Below are positions 12,108 through 23,378 of a stretch of 64,000 nt of DNA, piece by piece (positions within the stretch are counted from its first letter, which is position 1; the number at the start of each line of letters is the position of its first letter). Location: positions 23,107,407-23,171,406 of the forward strand of contig JASCQW010000150.1 of NCBI GenBank assembly GCA_030264375.1. Direction: 5' to 3'. The notes beneath the pieces were generated by a model. It made no database searches. It worked only from the letters and a program-made list of their open reading frames with translations, and was not told the origin of the DNA. The DNA comes from Carcharhinus longimanus. Taxonomy: Eukaryota. The translations under genes and the position numbers were made by a program.

Positions 12108-15100
12108 GATAAATCACACTGGAAAAAACAGCTGATGATTTGGACAGACCAAATTACGAACAAAATAAGTCAGGGGGTGAAACAAATTCCAGTTGTAAGA
12201 ACCATTTCTGAGCTTTTTTTTGCCATCTTGGATGACTTGAAATGCAAAAGTTACAAGAGATGTTTTGGACTAGTCTAAGATGGAGACAAAACTGATGACT
12301 ATAGCCAAAGGTTGGGTGGACATGTTCAACAACAGCCCGAATCTGCCTTCTTATTGTTCTCAGTACTATCGCAGTCATTTTGCTGACTATGCATAACTAA
12401 GAGTCTCATCCATTGGCAAATTTAGTAAATAGAGCTAATGATATTTTGTCTATTAGTTCAAATCAACTACCCTTTATATTGCCACATTGCGTGAGTTGAC
12501 ATGTACCATAAGATGACGTATGACGTGCTGTGATCAAACCTAGTGAATATTCTCTTCAAGACTGTTTTGGAATAAAGATGCAACTTAAACAATACGCAAG
12601 AAATATAACAAAATGCAACACAGATGCATAACACAATCTCACTTGACATCAAGTCACATGTCATGACATAACAACAAGTCAACAAAGTTTTTCCCCATAT
12701 CCAATATTGCCTTTGAACCGAATAATGCCTGACCTAAGACTGCCTGCAATGTCAGTGGACATGGGAAAGAAAAACAAACCTCGTTATCTGTTAGTGCAAA
12801 CACCCTGCTGAAAAGAACTGTCTTTCCTATTTCACTGCATATTTTGGTGGATCACAACAAAACCTTGGTAAGATACACCATTTATCTGCTCCCTGTGAGT
12901 TCTTAATGAAGTTTGACTTTGGCAGGGATGGACTAGGGGACTCGGAGCATCTGTCAAGCCAGCTTTTTTTCAGTAATATTTAATGAGATAAGGCACAATG
13001 CCAATCCAGCAGCCATAGTAGGTCTATTAGAACACACTGTCTCTGCCAAAATTGTATAAGACTAAACATGGTGTCTTTAAGAAATAAAGTCACATTAGGT
13101 GCACATCAGACTAACATTTAGCTGATGTTTTATTTATGAAAAAAGGAGGAACCACTCAGTGGCATTTTGCCTTTCCTTTAGTTGTTACAGTAGCATAATA
13201 TTACAACTTTGTTCACAGCTTTGCCTTAGGCTTGAATAGAACTGTGTCAAGGGTAGGCAACAGAAATCTAATAATTGCCTTAAAGAGACGCTGACCTTTT
13301 TTTAAATTCTCCATAGATTAATCCTGAAATAGCTGAGATAGCATTCAACAACTTGAAACATACTGATATTTCGAAGGCTTCTTCCTTTTTATTTGTTGCT
13401 CCCTCAATCAACATCAAATATAACATTGTTGTAAGTTTATTTTCCCAGAACCACAATAAATTGTGTTAATTGGTTATAAAACATAAATTAATATAATTTC
13501 TTATGTTTTTCCAAAGGAATTGCTTAAAATAATTAAAAGTCCTAATATTCTAAGGTTTTGAATGTTATCATACATGTTATACAGAATAGCACCCACTGGG
13601 GAGTAGAAAACCAGAAGATAAGAAAAGGAAGTTTCTCAGACACCACCATATGGGACATGGACCACCCATGTACATAATTCATCCAGTTACACCTTCATTT
13701 CTTTTAATCACTTTTATTCCAAAGGTCTGAGACCAAAAGCCAAACTGGTCGTGCAATTAATGAAGCTAACAGGTCCATTAATTTCTTTATCTATTATCAA
13801 TCGGTCACAAAACGAAACAGTCTGGCATTCCAAGAAACAGATGTCTTCCTAGGGTGTGCATGAGAGCCAGTGACTCAACACAAAGCCACCGCAAAGTTCA
13901 ACAATGAGCCCTCAGCCATCATTTTATGTGTCCATTATGTTTCTAACCAACCCTCATACTCTGCCCAGTATCATCTCTGATTGAACACCCCGGGCTGTTA
14001 AGCAGAATACTTCTCAGATAATGTTACGGCTGTGCTAAAACTCACAACAGTTTGGGGGCAAACGAGTCCAGTATTTCAACATGCATCATATCAACAAACG
14101 GGCAATTCATGCATGTGCGATTGTGCAACATTGATACTTAACCCTGCTTAAACAATGGTAACGAGTATAGTAGCATGATGTTGTTGCAACAGTAACTAAA
14201 TGACTTTGTAATTTTACAATGTGGAAAATTAAATGTGAGAATTCAAAAATAATTTGCTCCAATCTTTGCACATAGAAAGCAATTTATTTTTTATTACCAA
14301 ATACATATAAAATTCTGAATTCTAAATTAGTGGCAATAAAAGATTTTTTCAAAAAAAAACATTAAGTGTATTAATCTTTGAGGCATCCTGAATGAATAAC
14401 AGTATATCTGTTTCTCTCTGGATCTATGAATTATTCACACAGCTATATTGCAGGTATGCGCATTGTATAAACAAAAGCGCCAGCCCAACAGAAGCCCTTA
14501 CATTTGCTGCGTCTAAAATAAGATATGCTAAATTAATAGTTGAAAATTAAAGCTCTTCTAAATGTCCCAGTTAAAGGATTCTTGGAGCCTTTCTTAAAAT
14601 TCACAGGATTCAAAAATGTCTAATCATGGTGTACTTTTAATATAAAGGTCATACATACAGTCTGTGAAATGAAAGATGCCAATTTTAACCCTAACTGCTC
14701 AATGAAAACTGGGCTGTTAAAATGTTCCCAGCAACTTAGCCCTTCCAATCATGTTGCCTTCCCGTGGGTTATAACTTTAACCTGATGCTTTGAATAGATG
14801 AGTGGCACATCCATCAGAAAACAGTGTGGAATTTATTTAAAATATGCAGATTGATTTGCGTGGACATTACCAGAAGACCAACTACAACTATAATCCAAAG
14901 GCTGTGCAGAGAAACCATTATGCCAAGCCAGCCTGGTGGCAAAATGAGCTGGGCAGGGAGAGGTTAATTTTTGTTTTGTGTTCCAATTGGTTTGGAGAGC
15001 AGGAGTGTAACAGTGGGTCTCTCTCTTGCACGGGTGGAGTTTGATTACAGTTGAAGTGACACAATAATATTTTGCTATTCAGCGTAAAATTCAATCCATA

Positions 15101-15609
15101 AAATCATTTGTGTATCTTGGAGTACTCTGGTAGCTATTTTTCAGGTACCTTCATGTGTGAGGAAGTGTTAACTCCCATGTTATTTTGTGATAGTTATTCT
15201 GAACTTGCCAAACATTAGCTTCCTACAAAGTCCATACAAAGGTCCATGATGTAAATGGTTTACCTATTTCAGAAACATCCTTCTGTACTTTATTCTCGTC
15301 ATACTGACAGAACTTTATCAGATATAACCAGAACCTCTTTTGCATATAACACACTTTATTCACACTTCAGGTTCATTGAGAATAAGGCAACCGAGAGAGA
15401 ATTTTACCTGAGCAGGCAAGTGCAGGTGCCGCATGTACAGAACCAGTGATAGACCTCACTAAATCTCATAAGTGTGTAAGCACCTTACAAAGCTATTCTA
15501 TGTCCTCGAACATTTGNNNNNNNNNNAAAAAAACTTATGCACAAACCCAGTGGTTTTATTCTTCAGCTGCTGCCTCAAAGCAAAGAAACTGGAAAACCTG
15601 CCACTTAGA

Positions 15610-15968
15610 TTGAACCTTTCATGACCTCAGAAAGTCCTACAGTGCTTTATAGTCAATGAAGTATTTTTAAAGTGTAGTCACGGTTGTAGGAATCACAGCA
15701 GCCAGTTGGTGCACAGCAATTTAATCATGACCACGTAATTTGTTTTTAGTACTATTGGTTCAGGGATATATATTACCCAGAATCTAGCCTTCCAAAATAA
15801 TACCAGTGGATCCATTTGCATTCAACTGGGAGAGCAGACACGGCTTCAGCATCTCTCATAGTGCAGCACTCCCTCAGTACTGTATTGAAGTGTCAATCGA
15901 GATTTTGAGAAAGGAAGAGGAGGAATCAAACCCACTGACAATCTTTTGACTCAGAGGTAAAGGTGCTT
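15610..15968 (-). mobile_element. DeuSINE (SacSINE1/AmnSINE1-like) fossil
   Basis: Reverse complement contains cagtactgagggagtgctgcacta, the Deu-domain tctgctctcc...ggatccactggtattatttt and the tail gtgactacacttt...ttcattgactataaagcact...ctgaggtcatgaaagg. Confidence 0.75.
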
Positions 15969-17439
15969 TGGTGGTGGTGGGGGGGGGCATTTTACAAGTG
16001 ACACACGCAGATATGCACTCAATTTCCTTTCAAAACATTATTCGTAAAATAGAATATTTTTGAAAACTTATCTTGGGGGAGGGAGACCACCTCCCAGTCA
16101 AGGTCACAATCACCTCAATATTTCCAAGGTCAGAAGTTTTATAGCTTACCTTTAGTTGAGAAGGAGCTGCACCAAAGACTACACAAGAAAATGCAATATT
16201 CCTGTCCTGACACTGAGCAGATGGTAGCACTGACTCAGACGCAGCTTCCTTGTGGCGAATTAAAAGGAACATTTTACTCCTAAGTATATTTAAACTCTAA
16301 ATAAAGATCTGCAGGGCATTACAGCTGGTTACATTTTTAAGATGAGTACTCAGGGAGTAAAGGCATTGGAAAGGCTTAAGCAGATGTATGATACCCTCAG
16401 GTTTCTACAGGTTTCCCATATAATTTTGGTGGGAAATTAGCGATGCCAATATAAACCACTGTTTCTCTTTGGGATCCACTGAAATCACAGTAGGAGACCT
16501 GAGGGAAGCATGCGGAATTTCAGGGTCTATGTCTCTAATGTTTAACAATTAAGAAATGAACCATCAATTTCCCTCATAACATTTTAGGTATGTCTAACAA
16601 AATGCAGGACACCAATGTTAATCGTTCTGATCTGGGATATTTGGTTCCTAAAGTACTATCTGAGGAGCCAAATACAAATATTTTAGAGTTGAACCACAAA
16701 CTGGCACAGTTTAATAATATTAAAATAAGCAATGGTGACCAAAAGAGTCGCCACTTCAGATGTAAACTGATGAATTCAGATATGGACAATCAGAACTGTG
16801 GCTTGAAATCTATTCCTCATCATTTGTGGATCTGAGGATACCTATAATAACCTACTCTAATTGTTTATTTTAATTGTAGAAAATCTTAAGTAACTGCAAA
16901 GACTTCACCCATATTTCCTTTTTAGCATCTCCCTTCCTTCACCTATCAACCCTAAATTCTGGATTTCCCAAACAGGACACCTGCATCCTGACCTGCCAAC
17001 AGTTTGCCAGAGTCACTGTGGTAAGTAAGTGCACTGTAGCAACATGTTCTTCAGTGAAACTGACAAGCTGGCAAGGCTTTGATCAGCTGCATTGATGAGC
17101 TCCAGTCATGGCCATTGAGAGATTTCTGTTAAGAGCACTTCTTCTCACAAAGTGCCATCAATGCTCGACAGGAGATTGTCAACTTGTTAGAAAGCACTTC
17201 ATCTATCTCGCAGTTCTTCACCCTCAATTGAATGGCTCTGCTGTCAGCCTTCACTGGGACATGGGAGCAGCTTATGCAGTTCCACCTGCCCATCTCTGCT
17301 GAGGGGCAAGGGCAGAGACCACACTACTGCAAACAGCATCAGCAACTGCATCAGCAATAGCAAAAGCTGCCTTCTCCTCAGCTGCATGAATGGGCATTGA
17401 GATTCAGATAGAAAGAGGCGAGACCCTAAACAAAGGGTG

Positions 17440-17671
17440 GGGTTTTTTGGCTCTTCCTACCAGAAGATCCAGAAGACCAGTGATCTCGTCGAAGGTGGCC
17501 CCTGCAGTGGATTCCTCGACACGGAGGCTGGTGAGCAACGCAACTTGATTTTGGTGGGACGAGAAGATCCCACCTGCAGCCAATGGTGAAGTGGCTCCAC
17601 CTGCTTCGGGTGTGCAGGCAGAAAATCCTGGCTATAGGGTGTACAGGTAAAGGTGAGTGTTTGTAAAGGCA
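17440..17671. repeat. Orphan 232-bp interspersed element, copy 1
   Basis: Reverse complement of 19274-19489 with 17 substitutions and one 16-bp indel by manual alignment. Confidence 0.95.
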
Positions 17672-18734
17672 TGTGTCAAGTGAAAGAAAAGACAACTTTT
17701 GTGGAGGGTGCCAATCATGGTTGTGATTGAGTCTGGGTGTGTTTTCTGCTCAGATTGGATTCTGAGCTACCTGTAGAGAGAGAAATGAGTGCAGCTGCAA
17801 GATGTCATGTCCTAAGGTGTGCTGTGAAGAAGATTGCTGCACTATTTCCAGGTTGGAGGGACCACACGTCTGCTGCTGATTTCTTCAAACACTTTCTTTC
17901 AAATGTGGAGAGATTGTCCTTTTCCTTCCATCCGTGGGAAAACTCAACTCACTGTAATCACTCAGATGCCGCAGCAGGACATCCGTGTAACAATGAGAGA
18001 TCTACCTGTTCTCCATTCTGATGGTTGCTACAGCCTCAAAAATCCAAGCGCTAGTAAGTCCTTCTCAACCATGAAATAAACACTTCACCCTACCTCCCCT
18101 CCACTACAGGTCAGGCAACCCTGAGGCAGGATGCTAATGCTGTGGCTAAGTTTAAAAGCCATGACTAAGGCCACCCATCAGGAATTTGGGTTCCTAAACA
18201 TACAACAGTCCTACTGCCCTGGCAAGGGCAAAGTCCAAATGATTACTCCTACGTTTTTTTTTTGATAACAGTTGTATCATTGTTGCAGACCAAGATTTCT
18301 TTGGCTCAATTTTGGAAGAATCTAGTCACAATATTCCTATCATAGAAGGACAGTTGAAAATATGAAATAAGAAAATGCTTTTGACACTTGGAGACAACTC
18401 CCTTTTCAAGTGTTATATAAAATACAAATGGTCACAGGCCACATTTAATTTATTTGATTTCCTAAAGACAAATAATACTCATAGATAAACTCTCTGATGG
18501 TTCTTCCTGATCTCCAGAGATAACTAAGCAATACTACAGCAGTCAATCTAAAACTTAAATTATGGAGAACTGTACATTAGAACATAAAGGAGGCGAGTGG
18601 TATACAAGGCCACGTGGCCCATCAAGCCTCCCACAGATGAGATATAATCTGAACTCTGCTCGTAACTGACCATTTAATTTAAGGTTCTCAAAGCTGCTTC
18701 TTCCTCTACTCTCCAAAAACACAAATTTGATAAA

Positions 18735-19734
18735 GCTCCATTACATTATGTTATCCACTTTGGTGGCATAAACAAGAAGGAATATTATTATCTGGATGGT
18801 GGCAGTTTAGGAAAAAGAGAAGTATAATATGACCAGGCTCTGAAGGTTGGCATGCAGGTACAGCAGGCGGTGAGGAAAGCTAATGGAATGCTCATCTGCA
18901 TTGCAACAGAATTTGAGTATAACATTAGAAATATCTTGCTATATTTATACAGGGCCTTGGTGAGGCCACACCTTGAGTATTGTGTGCAGTTTGGTCTTCT
19001 AGTCTAAAGAAGGAAATTCTTGCTATTGAGGGAGTCCAGCGAAGGTTCACCAGACTGATTCCAAGAATGCCAGGATTGACATTTGAAGAAAGACTGGAAT
19101 GGCTGGGCTTCTATTCACTGGAATTTAGAAAAATGAAAGAAGATCTCGTAGAAACACATAAAATTCTGATGGGACTGGACAGTCTAGATGCAGGAAGAAT
19201 GTTCCCAATGTTGGTGAAGTCCAGACCTAGGAGTCACAGTCTAAGAAAAAGGGGTAAACCATTCAGGACAGAGTGCTTTTACAAACACTCACCTTTGCCT
19301 GTATACCCTATAGCCAGGATTTTCTGCCCCCACACCCCAGGCAGGAGGAGCCACCTCACCATTGGCTGCAGGTGGGATCTTCTCGTGCCACTAAAATCAA
19401 GTTGCGTTGCTCACCAGCCTCCGTGTCGAGGAATCCACTGCAGGGATCATCTTCAACGGGATCTTCTGGTAGGAAGAGCAAAGAAACCCTGAGGAAGAAT
19501 TCTTCATTCAGAAAGTTGTGAACCTGTGGAATTCTCCACCACAGAAAGGTGTTGGGGCCAGTTTGTTAGATATCTTCAAGAGGGAGCTGGATGTAGCTCT
19601 TGTGGCTAAAGGGTATGGAGAGAAAGTGTGAGTGGGATACTGAAAGTGCATGATCAGCCATGATCATATTGAATGGTGGTGCAGGCTTAAGGGCTGAATG
19701 GCCTTCTCCTGCACCTACTTTCTATGTTTCTATG
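18735..19734 (+). mobile_element. CR1 LINE 3' portion split by a 216-bp insertion
   Basis: LYRALVRPHLEY...EGVQRRFTRLIPRM..LTFEERLEWLGFYSLEFRKM...; resumes after the insert with gaggaagaattcttcattcagaaagttgtgaacctgtggaattc; tail ttctatgtttctatg. Confidence 0.95.
19274..19489. repeat. Orphan 216-bp interspersed element, copy 2 (inserted in CR1)
   Basis: Sharp boundaries: CR1 aggacagag|tgctttt...aagaaaccc|tgaggaagaat. Confidence 0.95.
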
Positions 19735-22426
19735 CAACACCCTGTGTATTAATTTCAATGTATTTCTTGAAATGACAATCCATTGTGTCAACCATTCAAA
19801 AACCACCATAATCCATGGGATATTTTTAATTGTGTCTGTTTTCTTCCTCTAACAATCTGGTTCTTAATCAAATGCAGTTCTTCCTCTAAAGGTGCCATTG
19901 GAATGTCATGAATTGTTTTTACTGGACATTTATTTGACATATTCACTCTGCTACAGGGGGTGCTTGGTGTAGTGGGGGCTGAATGTGTGTGTGGGGTGAT
20001 GGGGGCGAGCCTTATAAATCTCTGATGCTTGCTTAAGATAAGTTAATCCTCTGTACAATTTCCTTATTTCTTAGCTCACAGTCCTGTTAGATAGCCTGCC
20101 TGTGTTTATATTATCCAGTCCTTTCATCCAGAATCCATTAGCACATTATGATATTCAAACGTTCAGGGCTGGGTTTGATGTGTTGATGAAGGTAATAAAG
20201 CTCTACTTTGAAAAATTGACATTCTAAACTTCCATTCCTTCAAATAAATGTCAAGTCTGACTGCAATGGATGCAAACCTTTTTCTGTAAATACCAATAGC
20301 TCAGCTAAAAACTTGCAAGGATAATAAATAAAGTAAGTTCAATAATTAAAGTATGCAGGGAATATAAACTGTTACTATCATGTTTTATACTGAGAAGGCC
20401 CTGCATTGACAAATGTATCGACTGTGAACATTAGGGACTTCATCATTTTAGATCCGAATCCTCAGAGAATTGATGAATATTCAAATTTTATATTATTCTG
20501 ACCACTAAGGATTTTGCCCAAAACTGACGAAGCTCAACGCATACAATAACATTGATATTATTTCACTTCCAATATATATTTTGAGAATGTGCGTTGTTGG
20601 TTAAGATACAAAATATGACAGCTCTTGTGGTCATCCTATTCATGAAGTGGGAAAGGAAATTAGAATAGATTGGGAAACCAGGTTTGTAGAGAGTTTTGAA
20701 GAGAAACCTCAAGAGAGCAAAAAGAATTTCAACAATTGTCACTGGAATTATTATTAATGATCTTTAATATCATCGGTGTTAAATATAGGGTCTGTCATTA
20801 ACCTCATCGGAGGGACGGAATCTGCTTCCAACTCCAAAAAAAGTCCACATTTTGTCAGCAGACCCCACTGTAAGACCCAGTTAATTGAATGAATGGTAAA
20901 CAGGTTCAAGACAATGGGAGTTAAAAGTGGAAAGAGTAAATAGTAGAAAATTAAAATCTAGAAATAAGCACTTGTTTCTTCAGTCACTACACCTTCCCTA
21001 AACACTTTAACTAGTTGCTGCCCTGTCAGCTTTCAAATCACTAAAAACCTACATTTTGGACTGTGCTTTCACCCCAATGTCTGCTGAACCTCTTGGTTTC
21101 TCCTCTATTGATCAGTGTCTAATTTTGTTTCCTGTCCAGTGAAGTGCCAAGAGATGTTTTTTCTCTCTGTTAAAAACTTATAAGATTGTACATTTGAGTT
21201 GTAGCTACTGGACACAGTCTCAGGGGGTCATAAGCTTGTGAAAAAAATCTCTAAGGTTTTAATTGATATGTATATGCCCACAATATCGACAGAATAGCAT
21301 ATGGTTTGTGGATGGAAATCCTGTAACACAGAAGAGTGTAATCTCTTTCCCTCACCTACAGCAAAGCCATGCTAAGGAGCTTGGCAGGTAATCAACAACA
21401 GATTGCACAAGGCTAGAATTGTGTTGCTTTTTCCACCACAAGAACAATACAATAATGGTCAGATTGGGAAACATTCCCAGAAAGCTGATCTACAGCCAGG
21501 CCAATGCTTTCGCCATAAGACATTCCACCACAGACTGCGGCTCTGTCTGATTTAGAGCCAACAGGTCACATGGGATGGCTTCAACTCATAAGCTTCCTAC
21601 ATGCCCCTAGACATGAATTCTCAAACAATCATAATGTGTGGTTTCTTGATAAATAATATCAACTAGGATTATGTGGGGATGGGAAGTGAGTAAAAGGTTT
21701 TACTGCTAGGAAAAGGTGGTTAAAATTCTTTTTAGAAAGATTCTTTCTACAGTACAGTCGTGATTACATGTAACTAATTTGTACCGAAACATTGGCCTTT
21801 ATTTAATTGATGTAATTGGGGTCTTGCTCACCAGACCCCTACCTTGGTGGAGGGCAGGGGAGTGCAAGGACCCCTGCATTGTCTCCTTGGGGGAAAGCCC
21901 GCTAAGGTTAGTCTCAAATCGGCACAAGTGGCCAGTGATAGACTAGCCCCAGGATTAAGAGCTTTGGGGGAGAAAATTCTGCCTTGCAAGAGCTACCAGC
22001 TGATCAGGGGTCGACAGATGTCCATTGCGGAAGCAGTGGTGGCTGCTGGCAATGCACCTCAAGGAAAGGCTGAGAATCGAGAGACCAAACCATAGGGTCA
22101 CAGGATGGGATTGTAAGGGGGGATGGGGGGGGGTTGTTGACAGCCAGGACTGAATGGAGGTTCTCAGAGAGCTCCCCTTCTTCCCGGTGCTGTGTCTGCC
22201 AATCAGGCAGTAAGTGTGTCTTTGAACAAGGGGTCTCTCCTGGGATCTTGCAAGCAATGTTGGCAGGGTTTGCTTTCAGTTTTCCTGCTCAGCCTCTGTT
22301 CCACCCTCTCGCTGGTTTAAATCTTCTGGTAAAGGGATGAAGCTTTTACTTGCTCACATAAGGGCTTCAATTAGCAGCAGGCTGGGAAGACTGTCCATGA
22401 GCCTTCTTGCCCAGACCCCTACACGA

Positions 22427-22851
22427 GATGTGGAGATGCCGGCGTTGGACTGGGTGGCACAGTAGCACAGTGCTTAGCACTGCTGCTTCACAGCTCCAGG
22501 GTCCTGGGTTTGATTCTCGGCTCGGGTCACTGTCTGTGTNNNNNNNNNNNNNNNNNNNNNNNNNNNNNNNNNNNNNNNNNNNNNNNNNNNNNNNNNNNNN
22601 NNNNNNNNNNNNNNNNNNNNNNNNNNNNNNNNNNNNNNNNNNNNNNNNNNNNNNNNNNNNNNNNNNNNNNNNNNNNNNNNNNNNNNNNNNNNNNNNNNNN
22701 NNNNNNNNNNNNATATGGGGGTAGGGCCTGGGTGGGATTGTGTTCAGTGCAGACTCGATGGGCCGAAGGGCCTCTTTCTGCACTGTAGGTTCTATGGTAA
22801 AGACAGTAAGAAGTCTCACAACACCAGGTTAAAGTCCAACAGGTTTATTTG
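22427..22851 (-). mobile_element. PLE-associated terminal repeat split by a SINE
   Basis: gatgtggagatgccggcgttggactg [SINE] gtaaagacagtaagaagtctcacaacaccaggttaaagtccaacaggtttatttg; compare the uninterrupted copy at 29981-30055. Confidence 0.8.
22452..22796 (+). mobile_element. HE1-type V-SINE (middle in N gap)
   Basis: Head gggtggcacagtagcacagtgcttagcactgctgc and CR1-type tail gggccgaagggcctctttctgcactgtaggttctatg. Confidence 0.9.
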
Positions 22852-23076
22852 ACAGTGAACTTCATAACCTACTTGAAGAAGAGGCAGGAAGACAATGGGA
22901 TGACCGTCCAGTATCTATCACAGAATTAAATGGAAGTGCAGGGGCAAACCTGCTTCAGGGGAGGAAATTAAGTTCTGCTCATTATTGTAGGATCAGGATC
23001 AGTAATCTTTCTATGTTTAAGCCTTGAATTCAACTTGGTGTAAAAAGTCAGCAGGTATCTTTCAAGGTGATAGCCA

Positions 23077-23378
23077 GGCTCAGTGGCACAGTGGTTAGCA
23101 ATGCTGCCTCACAACGCCAGGGACCTGGGTTCAATTCTGGCCTTAGATCATTGCCTGTATGGAGTTTGCACATTCTCCCCATATCTGCTTCCTCCTGGTG
23201 CTCTGGTTTCCTCCCACACTCCAAAGATGTGTGGGTTAGGTTGATGCTAAATTGACTCGAGTGTCGGGGGATTAGCAGGTGAAAAATGTGGGGTTATGGG
23301 AATACGGCCTGAGTGAGATTGTGGTCAGAGAAGACTCGATGGGTGATTGGTCTCCTTCTGCACTATAGGGATTCTATT
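23077..23378 (+). mobile_element. HE1-type V-SINE, near full length
   Basis: Head, V-domain and CR1-type tail all present. Confidence 0.9.

Noticed and set aside
17474-17500. Resemblance to U1 snRNA stem-loop I (accagtgatctcgtcgaaggtgg) and an Sm-like gattttgg
   Set aside because: Needs gaps, overlaps the indel absent in copy 2, and the rest of U1 is missing.
17501-17540. HDV-like ribozyme suggested by ttcctcg
   Set aside because: Could not build P1/P3/P1.1/P4 with the required 7-nt L3 loop and J4/2 catalytic C on either strand.
17620-17650. Peptide echoes in the orphan element: NPGYRVY (acid sphingomyelinase-like) on + and PVYPIAR (hepadnavirus Pol-like) on -
   Set aside because: Matches are only 5-7 residues, with flanking stops or no extension, and no other motifs of either protein are present.
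18980-19492. 170-aa ORF that looks like a novel fusion protein
   Set aside because: It is the CR1 ORF2 C-terminus read through into the 216-bp insertion. Differences between the two insert copies are mostly non-synonymous in both open frames, so there is no coding constraint.
10968-20535. Other CTGATGA/CTGACGA words (10968, 12294, 16768, 20524) as hammerheads
   Set aside because: No stem II followed by GAAA and no stem I/III pairing.
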